A DNA stretch of 34,942 nt, from sequence record SRR20825006_1652; one strand, written 5' to 3'. This document shows, in pieces, positions 26,228 to 33,861 of the stretch (position 1 is its first letter; every line of letters starts with the position of its first letter). Made by a program: the position numbers and the translations under genes. A model generated the notes under the pieces. It did no database searches, was not told the origin of the DNA, and saw nothing but the letters and a program-made list of their open reading frames with translations.

Positions 26228-26251
26228 CCTCGTGAACCACCAGCGCGGCGC

Positions 26252-26334
26252 GCGAAAGAAGGGGCCGCCCCATTTTGGTGAACGTCATCGTTCGGATGAA
26301 CCGGGTATCAAAATGGGGCGGCCCCTTCTTTCGC
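26252..26334. terminator. Long hairpin (26-bp perfect inverted repeat), probable terminator
   Basis: 26252-26277 is the reverse complement of 26309-26334. Inner TCATC/GATGA hairpin; lies between convergent genes. Confidence 0.75.
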
Positions 26335-26366
26335 TCAGCACGAGCGCGGCGTGCCAGAGAGCAAAG

Positions 26367-26394
26367 GAGGGGCGCGGCTAAAGCCGCGCCCCTC
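26367..26394 (-). terminator. GC-rich hairpin, probable terminator of tpx
   Basis: GAGGGGCGCGGC-TAAA-GCCGCGCCCCTC, followed by CTTT on the minus strand. Confidence 0.6.
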
Positions 26395-26437
26395 TTCGCG
26401 TCGTTAGGATCGGTGGGCCGAAGAAGCGGCCCGTGGA

Positions 26438-26944
26438 TCATGCTCCCTGGAGCGCGTTGAGCGCCGACTCATAGTCTGGCTCCTGCGCGATCTCGGGGAC
26501 ATGCTCGGTGTAGACGACCTTGTGGTCTGCGTCGAGCACGACGACGGCGCGGGTGTAGAGGCCCTGGAAAGGCCCCTGCTCTGCGCCGACGCCGTAGGCG
26601 TGTCCGAACTCACTGTCGCGGAAGCCAGACAGCATGACGACATCTTCGATGCCCTCTGCGGCGCAGAAGCGGCCCATGGCGAAGGGGAGATCCTTGCTGA
26701 TGGTGAGGATCTTGGTGTTCTCGAGCGATGCAGCTTCTTCATTGAACTTGCGCGCGCTCGTGGCGCAGACGCCAGTGTCCACGCTGGGCACGATGTTGAG
26801 GACGAGCTTGTGTCCTTTGAAGTCATCGAGCGTGGCGGGCTTGAGATCTTGCTTGGCGAGGTTGAACGCGGGGGCCTGGGTGCCCACTGCAGGAAGATCG
26901 CCGACGGTCTCGAATGGGGTGCCTTGAAGGGTAATGGTCGCCAT
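26438..26944 (-). CDS. tpx: Thiol peroxidase (atypical 2-Cys peroxiredoxin)
   Basis: MATITLQGTP, VLNIVPSVDTGVCATSARKFN, ISKDLPFAMGRFCAAEGI and EIAQEPDY. Confidence 0.95.
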   Translation of the reverse strand: MATITLQGTPFETVGDLPAVGTQAPAFNLAKQDLKPATLDDFKGHKLVLNIVPSVDTGVCATSARKFNEEAASLENTKILTISKDLPFAMGRFCAAEGIEDVVMLSGFRDSEFGHAYGVGAEQGPFQGLYTRAVVVLDADHKVVYTEHVPEIAQEPDYESALNALQGA

Positions 26945-27136
26945 GAAGGTAGCCTCGTTGGGAAGAATACGTGGGGGCAAGTGATAGATTCTCCCCCAAG
27001 TTGCGCGCGTCGCGCGCAAAGTCAACCGACCTCGGGAAAAACGTGCTCGCCGATCGATTTGGCTAAATGATCCTCTCCCGCTTGTCGATACCTCCTCTGG
27101 ATGTGGTGCTATCAAACCAGGTATATAGAGGTAGAC

Positions 27137-29269
27137 ATGCAAAGCATCGAGATTAAAAAAAGGTCTGTCTTGATGGTCATTGCCACGGCGGCGATTTCCA
27201 TCAGCGGTTGTGTAGATTCGGGTGACGAGGCGGGGACACAGATCGAGCCTCCGCGCACCATTGTCAACGCGCTCGAGGCAGGCCAGGGCGTCGATGTGAT
27301 CGTGGAGTTTTCCATGGCGCCAGAGCTGACGCTCTCGCAGAACCTGGAGCGCCCATCGCTCTCGCTGCAGCAGGTGCAGTTGCCGGTCAGGAGGACCTTC
27401 GAGAGGTTGCCCGTGGCCACATCAAGGTTGAGCAAGACCGAGGATCTCACGCGCTTGCTGAGTGCTCCCGGCGTGGTCGCCGTGCACGTGGACGAGCGGC
27501 TCCCGAAGCACGCCATCGACGCGGCGACCTTCATTCACCAACCCGAGGCGATCAACCGAGGGTTCGATGGCTCTGGGACGGCCATCGCGGTGCTCGACAC
27601 AGGGGTCGATCTCACGCGCGCTGCGTTCGGGGCGTGTTCGAGCGCGGGTGGTCAGGGATGCAAGGTGGTCTTCGAGAAGGACTTCGCGCCCGAGGATAAC
27701 GACCACGACATCGACGGCCACGGGACCAACGTGGCTGGTGCCGTGCTCCAGGTCGCGCCCGGAGCTGACATCATCGCGCTGGATGTCTTCGACGGTGACA
27801 CCGCGAGGAGCAGTGATGTGTTGGCGGCCATCGACTGGGTGATCCTGAACCGACAGACCTACAATATCTCGGCGATTAACCTGAGCATGGGGAGCGGCAA
27901 GTTCGCCACGGCGTGCTCGAACAGTGTCTTCTCGACCGCTATCACGACCGCGAGGCAGCAGGGCGTGTTGACGATCTCTTCCTCTGGCAATGATGGCTAC
28001 ACCGACGGGATCGGCCAGCCTGCCTGCGCGCCCGACGCGGTAAGCGTCGGCGCCGTGTATGACCGCGACATGGGGCCGCGCATCTTCTCGTCGTGCGCGG
28101 ATACCTCGACGGGACCTGACAAGGTCGCCTGCTTCTCGAATACGGCGGACTACATCTCGATCATGGCGCCGGGCGTCTCGATCCAGGCGGCTGGGATCTC
28201 GATGAGCGGGACGAGTCAGGCGGCGCCGCTTGTCGCGGGTGCTGTCGCCGTGTTGCGCTCGGCTTACCCGAACGAGACGATCGAGCAGATCGCGGATCGC
28301 CTGATCGATCGCGCGCCGGATATCAATGAGGCACGCGTCGGGCGACAGCTGCCTCGCGTCGACCTCGAGGCTTCCCTCGACCCGCTGTCCGTCGAGTGCG
28401 AGGTGAGCTTCTCGGCTGAACGCATCGTCGCCTCACCTCAGGGGGGAACGTACACGGTCGATGTGCAGACGGGCGCGGCGTGCGACTGGATCTTTGGCAA
28501 AAACGTGGGGTGGATCGATCTGAAGGATAACAGCGGCACAGGTCCCGGGACGATCACGGTGGTGATCGAGCCGAACGCGGGCTCGACGCGCGGCGCGATG
28601 ATTTCGAGTAATGCGGGCGCCTCTATCCCGGTGGTCCAGCAGAAGTCTGAGGACAACGCGCCAGAAGGGTTCATCTCGATCGACTTCGGGAGCGCCGTCA
28701 CGCGCAGCTCTTGGTTGACGCTCGAGACCACGATCACGTCCGATCACAACGTCACCGAGATGTGCGTCGGCGTTGGCGCGCGATGTGAGAATTGGCAGCC
28801 CTTTGCTCCCGTCACGTTGGTCGAGGTCCCCGATTCGGATGGCTGGAAGTTCCTGCGTGTCTGGGTGCGAGATGACCAGGGTTACCTCTCGGACGCGATG
28901 GAGGAGCATATCATCCTCGACCGCACGCGCCCCATCGATGGGAGCGCGAGGATCTCGCCTGGCGTAGGAGCGGTCACGATTCAGTGGTCGCAGGCGCTCG
29001 AGTTCGGCAGCGGCGTGATGTTCTACCGCGTGGTCGCTCGAGATGGGAGCATGCCAAGGGATTGCGAGGTCGAGGAGCACGGTCGCCACGATGATCGCGA
29101 GGGTGAGGAGGTCCGTCACCGCGAGCGCAATCAGTTGGTGTATCAGGGGCTCTCCCGAAGCTTCGTGGATGTGCGCCCGGACAAGAAGATGCGCTACTAC
29201 CGAGTTTGCGCGATGGACTACGCCTTCAACATGTCCTCAGGCAAGACGGTCGCGGGCGGAGCGCGCTGA
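27137..29269 (+). CDS. S8 (subtilisin-like) serine protease lipoprotein with BACON-like and FN3-like C-terminal domains
   Basis: Catalytic triad motifs IAVLDTGVD, GHGTNVAG and SGTSQAAPLVAGA; oxyanion SSGNDG; lipobox ISGC. C-terminal W...W...SGTGPGTITVVIEPNAGSTR is BACON-like. Confidence 0.92.
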   Translation: MQSIEIKKRSVLMVIATAAISISGCVDSGDEAGTQIEPPRTIVNALEAGQGVDVIVEFSMAPELTLSQNLERPSLSLQQVQLPVRRTFERLPVATSRLSKTEDLTRLLSAPGVVAVHVDERLPKHAIDAATFIHQPEAINRGFDGSGTAIAVLDTGVDLTRAAFGACSSAGGQGCKVVFEKDFAPEDNDHDIDGHGTNVAGAVLQVAPGADIIALDVFDGDTARSSDVLAAIDWVILNRQTYNISAINLSMGSGKFATACSNSVFSTAITTARQQGVLTISSSGNDGYTDGIGQPACAPDAVSVGAVYDRDMGPRIFSSCADTSTGPDKVACFSNTADYISIMAPGVSIQAAGISMSGTSQAAPLVAGAVAVLRSAYPNETIEQIADRLIDRAPDINEARVGRQLPRVDLEASLDPLSVECEVSFSAERIVASPQGGTYTVDVQTGAACDWIFGKNVGWIDLKDNSGTGPGTITVVIEPNAGSTRGAMISSNAGASIPVVQQKSEDNAPEGFISIDFGSAVTRSSWLTLETTITSDHNVTEMCVGVGARCENWQPFAPVTLVEVPDSDGWKFLRVWVRDDQGYLSDAMEEHIILDRTRPIDGSARISPGVGAVTIQWSQALEFGSGVMFYRVVARDGSMPRDCEVEEHGRHDDREGEEVRHRERNQLVYQGLSRSFVDVRPDKKMRYYRVCAMDYAFNMSSGKTVAGGAR

Positions 29270-29310
29270 TTCTCGCAGGTAGCTTTGCTCCCCGATTCGC
29301 CGGTTGATAT

Positions 29311-29346
29311 AAACGCCCCTGATGTTTCGTCAGGGGCGTTTCTTTT
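29311..29346 (+). terminator. Intrinsic terminator after the S8 protease gene
   Basis: Stem AAACGCCCCTGA/TCAGGGGCGTTT followed by CTTTT. Confidence 0.75.
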
Positions 29347-29366
29347 GCCGATGAGGGAGGTTTGCG

Positions 29367-30713
29367 ATGGGTTATGTGAGGATTATCTGGCTCGTGTCGA
29401 TGCTCGGGTTGTTGTCAGGGTGTGAGCCCAAGAAGGAGCAGAAGTCAGACGCCTCCTCGGGCCAGACGGCGGCCACGACAAAGGATGGTGGCAACAAGGC
29501 GGGGCCAGAGAGCGCGCAGAAGGAGGATGTCGGCGAGGAGGATGTCGATGTTCACCTGCGCATCTTGCGAGATTTGCAGGGGTGTGACGCCAAGGCTGAG
29601 GAGTTCTGGTGTGGCGTGGCGAGCGCGATGGCAAAGCGGCAGGCTGGGGCGTTGCCCGATGCCTCGATGGTGCAGCTCGGGTGGACGGTGTTCATCCCCA
29701 CGCAGGCCAAGCCAGAGGCTGCCAGGCTCGCTGGCGAGCCGATCGCGTTGGGGCTAAACCTCAGCAAGGATCAGGAGCCGCGCGCGCAGGTCACGCATGT
29801 CATCGCGCGAAATCCCGAGAACGCCAACAAGATCAAGGGCCTCGGGAAGCAGGTCGGAGACATCCTGAAGGGGAATCAACCCCCCAGCGAGCCGGTCATT
29901 GTTCACGATCCACAATTGCTCGCCTACCTCCAGGATCAAGCAGCGCGCGCCACGAACGCGATCTCCAAGGAAGGCAAGGGGTGGTCTATCGCGGACGAGA
30001 AGCACACGAGGCTCTACCAACTCGCGGGCGGGAAGTGGGCGAGCGTCCACAGGGTGAGGCCGAGGCCCGAACGCCCGGACGGGATCTGGCTCTCGGTGTA
30101 TACTCCAGTGGAGTTATCTGGCGAGGTCGCGCCGAAGAAGGAGATCGATCTGGCGGCGGTGACGGCCAAGTTCGACTGCACGCATAATGCCGTGCAAGTC
30201 AAGCTGTGTAAGGGGTTCTCACGCTTTGAAGACGCAAAGAAGCCCGAGGCGATGACGGGCAAGGTCGAAGGATTGCGCGTATACTTTGGAGAGATCCAGG
30301 ATTCCGAATCGCTGCCATCTCCAGAGACGATGTATGGCGCGTTGTTGATTCGCGGCGGCGAGGATGGCGCCGAGATCGCGTTCAGCGTGGTGATTCCCAG
30401 CAGCGACGAGGAGCGCGAGGCGCTCGAGGCGTTGCAGAAAGGGGTCGAGAAGGGAGAGGCGATCCAGAAGAACGCGGCGCTCGACTACCTGATGGGGATC
30501 ACCAAGCACCCCTCGGCGTTCGGGAGCGTGACTCAGAGCGAGGGGACGAGCGCGTTGGTGCTGCGTCGAGGGTTGTTCCAGGGGGGACCTGACGAGCGAA
30601 CGATCTCCTATTTTCGAGCCGAGGGCGATCGATATCTCGCGGTGACGCACGAACATATCGGCGGAAAGGTGTGGTTCTGGGATCTTGGCCCGGTCAAGCT
30701 GCCGGGCAAGTGA
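29367..30713 (+). CDS. Hypothetical lipoprotein with an apparent internal domain duplication
   Basis: SD GGAGG and lipobox LSGC. Two similar halves each open with a C-x8/9-C pair. Confidence 0.75.
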   Translation: MGYVRIIWLVSMLGLLSGCEPKKEQKSDASSGQTAATTKDGGNKAGPESAQKEDVGEEDVDVHLRILRDLQGCDAKAEEFWCGVASAMAKRQAGALPDASMVQLGWTVFIPTQAKPEAARLAGEPIALGLNLSKDQEPRAQVTHVIARNPENANKIKGLGKQVGDILKGNQPPSEPVIVHDPQLLAYLQDQAARATNAISKEGKGWSIADEKHTRLYQLAGGKWASVHRVRPRPERPDGIWLSVYTPVELSGEVAPKKEIDLAAVTAKFDCTHNAVQVKLCKGFSRFEDAKKPEAMTGKVEGLRVYFGEIQDSESLPSPETMYGALLIRGGEDGAEIAFSVVIPSSDEEREALEALQKGVEKGEAIQKNAALDYLMGITKHPSAFGSVTQSEGTSALVLRRGLFQGGPDERTISYFRAEGDRYLAVTHEHIGGKVWFWDLGPVKLPGK

Positions 30714-30726
30714 CCCGATTTTGAAT

Positions 30727-30749
30727 TTGTCTGTACTTTTGTTCAGTCT
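30727..30749 (+). promoter_or_regulatory. Putative LexA (SOS) box overlapping a candidate promoter
   Basis: CTGTACTTTTGTTCAG (30731-30746) fits CTG-N10-CAG and matches 15/17 of the Myxococcus LexA consensus CTRHAMRYBYGTTCAGS (recalled). It sits within TTGAAT-N17-CAGTCT (30721-30749). Confidence 0.6.
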
Positions 30750-30837
30750 TTTGTTTAAAGTCGAGGGATGAGACATGCCTCGTGACAGGGACGTTTGGGG
30801 TGTAGGAGGAGGTCGCGACTCACGAGAGGAAGGAACG

Positions 30838-31956
30838 GTGATAGAGATCAAGAGCACGAAGCAGGTGGTGGATGATTTTGGGCTCAAAATCCTGGTGCAT
30901 GGCCCTCCCGGTGTGGGGAAGACGCGCCTTTGCGTGACCACGGGGGACATCGATAACACGCTTATCATAAGCGCCGAGGGCGGGTTGCTCTCGATCAAGG
31001 ACTGGGATGTGGATGTGGCGCAGGTGCGCAACGTCAATGACGTCTATCAGGTCTACGAGTTTTTAAAGCAGGGCGAGCACGATTACACGTGGGTGTGTCT
31101 GGATTCGATCTCCGAGATCGCCGAGGTGATCTTGCAGGGGGAGAAGCTTCGCAACCGTGATGGTCGGCGCGCGTATGGCGAGATGGCGGACACGGTGTTC
31201 GACCTGCTGCGAGGGTTTCGCAACTTGCCATACCACGTGGTGATGACGGCCAAGCAGGGGCGCGAGGAGATCGATGGTCGCGTGCTGCACGCGCCGATGT
31301 TGCCTGGTCGTCAGCTCACGCTGAACATCGCCTATTTGTTCGACGAGGTCTTCGCGTTGCGCGTGGAGACGAACCAGGAGGGCGAGCTTATTCGCGTGTT
31401 GCAGACGGGGAAGAGCCGCTCGTTCGAGGCCAAGGATCGCTCCGGCAAGCTCGGGATGTACGAGCAGGCAAACCTCGAATCGATCCACCGCAAGATCGCC
31501 GGGTTGCCCGAACTCGTGGTCGAGGAGGACGAGGAAGAGGAGATCGTCCAGACGAACAAGGAGGGGGACGTCAAGCGGATCGCGGTGCCTCCGGCGACGG
31601 ATAGAAAGCGCGTCACCTCGAGCGGGGATGGCGAGACCAAACGCATCGGCGGTGGCGCAGCGAGCGAGCTGCGTCGCACGAACCTTCGCCGCAAGCTGTT
31701 CATGTTGCTCAAGGAGGCGGGCATCAAGAACGCGATGATCACCGAATACATCACCGCGCGTTGCGAGCGCGAGGTCGGCGTCGAGGGGGTCAATGATGTG
31801 CCCATCGAGATCCTCGAGCTGTGGGCGCAGGAGCTCGATATCCCCTCGAAACCTGCCGATGGCGCCAAGTTCTCACCGCGCAGGATGCATATCAACGCCA
31901 CCATCAAGCTCTGGAAGGAGTGGAAGGGGAACCAGCAGCAACCCGCCTCGGCCTGA
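30838..31956 (+). CDS. Phage-type AAA_24/Sak4-like P-loop ATPase with a C-terminal helical extension
   Basis: LKILVHGPPGVGKT (Walker A), IISAEGGLLSI, WVCLDSISEIAE (Walker B), AYGEM, YLFDEVFALRV and AKDRSGKL. GTG 30838 has SD GAGGAAGG. Confidence 0.85.
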   Translation: MIEIKSTKQVVDDFGLKILVHGPPGVGKTRLCVTTGDIDNTLIISAEGGLLSIKDWDVDVAQVRNVNDVYQVYEFLKQGEHDYTWVCLDSISEIAEVILQGEKLRNRDGRRAYGEMADTVFDLLRGFRNLPYHVVMTAKQGREEIDGRVLHAPMLPGRQLTLNIAYLFDEVFALRVETNQEGELIRVLQTGKSRSFEAKDRSGKLGMYEQANLESIHRKIAGLPELVVEEDEEEEIVQTNKEGDVKRIAVPPATDRKRVTSSGDGETKRIGGGAASELRRTNLRRKLFMLLKEAGIKNAMITEYITARCEREVGVEGVNDVPIEILELWAQELDIPSKPADGAKFSPRRMHINATIKLWKEWKGNQQQPASA

Positions 31957-31977
31957 GACCGACACTGATTTTTGCTT

Positions 31978-32565
31978 ATGACTGATTTTACCGCGCATAC
32001 GCTCGCAGATGGCGAGCACGAGGTGTTGACCGCCCGCTTGCCCGAGGACTTGCTCGCGCGAACCTCGTTCGACTTCTGGTGGTCGCTTCACCCCGAAGAG
32101 TTCTCACAGATCATGATTCATGGTCGCATGGTCGAGATCCCGCGTTGGCAGCAGGCGTATGGCAAGGATTATCGGTTCTCCGGTACAGTCAACGAGGCGC
32201 TCGACCTCACCCCCGAGATGGAAGAGGTGCTCTCCTGGTGCCAGGAGGCGATCGATGGCCGCCTCAATGGGTTATTGTTCAACTGGTATGATGGCGCGCA
32301 GGATCACTACATCGGCGCGCACCGGGACTCTCGCCAGGGGCTTGTTCAGGACACGCCGATCGTCACGATCTCACTCGGCGAGGAGCGCCCCTTTCGCATG
32401 AGACCTTACAGGCAGAAGGGCTTCGAGGATTTTATCGTCGGTGATGGGGATGTGTTGGTGATACCGTGGGAGACCAACCTGACGCATACGCACGAGGTCC
32501 CGAACGCGGCGCGATACACCGAGCGTCGCATCTCGATCACAGCGCGTGCGTTCGAAGATGATTGA
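31978..32565 (+). CDS. AlkB-family 2OG-Fe(II) dioxygenase (ALKBH2/3-like)
   Basis: IPRWQQAYG, LFNWY (NxY), IGAHRD (HxD), ISLGEERPF, HTHEVP (distal His) and RRISITAR (RxxxxxR). Confidence 0.88.
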   Translation: MTDFTAHTLADGEHEVLTARLPEDLLARTSFDFWWSLHPEEFSQIMIHGRMVEIPRWQQAYGKDYRFSGTVNEALDLTPEMEEVLSWCQEAIDGRLNGLLFNWYDGAQDHYIGAHRDSRQGLVQDTPIVTISLGEERPFRMRPYRQKGFEDFIVGDGDVLVIPWETNLTHTHEVPNAARYTERRISITARAFEDD

Positions 32566-32574
32566 GTTTTCGCG

Positions 32575-33207
32575 ATGCCCACCGAATCAGATCCGCTCCT
32601 CGGCTTTCTAAGAACACTGGCGCGCGAGCGCGATGATTTCTTCGCGCACCTCCAGTTCCAACGTGTCTTCGATGTAAGCGCCGCCCCGAATGTTCTCGTC
32701 TTGCATCTCTGTGCGCCGGGGCTCTCACCGATCTCGATCGGGCGCACCGATGACCTCTACGGTGATGTGTGTGGCTCCATCCCCGTTCCGTTTGGAGATG
32801 GTCGATCGAGCATCATTTTTGGCGACGCGAACATTTTCGAGAACTGGCAGAACGCCAGCGTGCAGAATGGCGCCTCACAGGAGGCGACCGCGGTGCTGTT
32901 TTGGAGCGAGGAAGGGGCGGATGCGGTCACTGATATGTGGGCATCTTTCGGGATCGCTGGCAACACCGTTCATTCCTTCGAACATGCGTTATACCCGCGT
33001 TATTTGGGGTCGCGGCGAGTCTTTCGAGCAAGCTCGAAGAGCCCCTGGGGAGATGTGCTCGATGGATTGGGGGCGTTGGTTGCCATGTGGCGCGATGCCC
33101 CATTCGAGCAGCGCTGGAGGCAGGATCATGGCGAGCAGGGGAACGGGTTCTCTGTGCTCCGAGTCGGTGATCGGGGCGTGTTGTTGGCGCTGCGACTCGG
33201 GGGTTGA
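32575..33207 (+). CDS. Hypothetical protein
   Basis: 210-aa ORF starting 9 nt after the AlkB-like stop and filling the gap. No recognisable motif. Confidence 0.5.
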   Translation: MPTESDPLLGFLRTLARERDDFFAHLQFQRVFDVSAAPNVLVLHLCAPGLSPISIGRTDDLYGDVCGSIPVPFGDGRSSIIFGDANIFENWQNASVQNGASQEATAVLFWSEEGADAVTDMWASFGIAGNTVHSFEHALYPRYLGSRRVFRASSKSPWGDVLDGLGALVAMWRDAPFEQRWRQDHGEQGNGFSVLRVGDRGVLLALRLGG

Positions 33208-33246
33208 GTGGGCGTGCGTATTTCTGCATGACCTGCGTCGTGCCGA

Positions 33247-33328
33247 GCAAAACAAGCCGCGCAGAAGTTTTTGTGAACGGTCGAGATGACTGGAACGTCC
33301 ACAAAAACTTCTGCGCGGCTTGTTTTGC
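33247..33328. terminator. Long hairpin (29-bp perfect inverted repeat), probable terminator
   Basis: 33247-33275 is the reverse complement of 33300-33328. Small inner GTC/GAC hairpin; ends in TGTTTT. Confidence 0.75.
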
Positions 33329-33337
33329 GGGCCGAGG

Positions 33338-33360
33338 TTGTCGGCAAATTTGTTCAGACT
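33338..33360 (+). promoter_or_regulatory. Second putative LexA-type box, upstream of the macrodomain gene
   Basis: TTGTCGGCAAATTTGTTCAGACT shares 18/23 nt with 30727-30749. Its core 33342-33358 matches 15/17 of the recalled Myxococcus consensus. Confidence 0.5.
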
Positions 33361-33399
33361 CTCGGTGTTCATCGAGGTGGATTAATCGAAAGAGGTAGA

Positions 33400-33858
33400 A
33401 TGAAGGTTATTCGAGGAGATTTGCTGGCGTTGGCGATGGATGGGACCTTCGATGTGATCGTACACGGCGCGAATTGCCAGTGCACGATGGGCGCTGGGAT
33501 CGCCAGAGCGATCAAGGAGCTGTTCCCGGCAGCCTATGAGGCGGACTCGAAAACCACCGCTGGCGATGGCGACAAGCTCGGGACGCTCTCGTGGGCCGAG
33601 GTCACGCTGTGCGGCGGTGACGCACTCGTCGTTGTGAATGCCTACACGCAGCTTCACTGGCGAGGCCGAGGGGTCAAGGTCGACTATGACGCTGTGCGTT
33701 CTGCGATGCGCGCGGTGAAGGCGAAGTTTTCAGGTTCGCGCATCGGGTATCCGCGCATCGGCGCGGGTTTGGCTGGCGGTGATTGGGACGTGATCGCTGC
33801 GATCATCGACGAGGAGCTCGCTGGCGAGGATCATACGCTCGTCGAGTATGCGCCTTGA
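33400..33858 (+). CDS. Macrodomain protein (Poa1p/TARG1/phage-like ADP-ribose-processing family)
   Basis: IRGDLL, IVHGANCQCTMGAGIARAIK, VVNAYTQ and YPRIGAGLAGGDW. SD GAGG before ATG 33400. Confidence 0.9.
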   Translation: MKVIRGDLLALAMDGTFDVIVHGANCQCTMGAGIARAIKELFPAAYEADSKTTAGDGDKLGTLSWAEVTLCGGDALVVVNAYTQLHWRGRGVKVDYDAVRSAMRAVKAKFSGSRIGYPRIGAGLAGGDWDVIAAIIDEELAGEDHTLVEYAP

Positions 33859-33861
33859 GCG

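Noticed and set aside
14178-33328. CRISPR array or tRNA interpretation of the long hairpins
   Set aside because: They are isolated inverted repeats with no repeat-spacer periodicity, no cas genes and no cloverleaf or T-loop consensus.
30775-33858. Prophage
   Set aside because: Only two phage-type genes are present, with no integrase, att repeats, structural or lysis genes.
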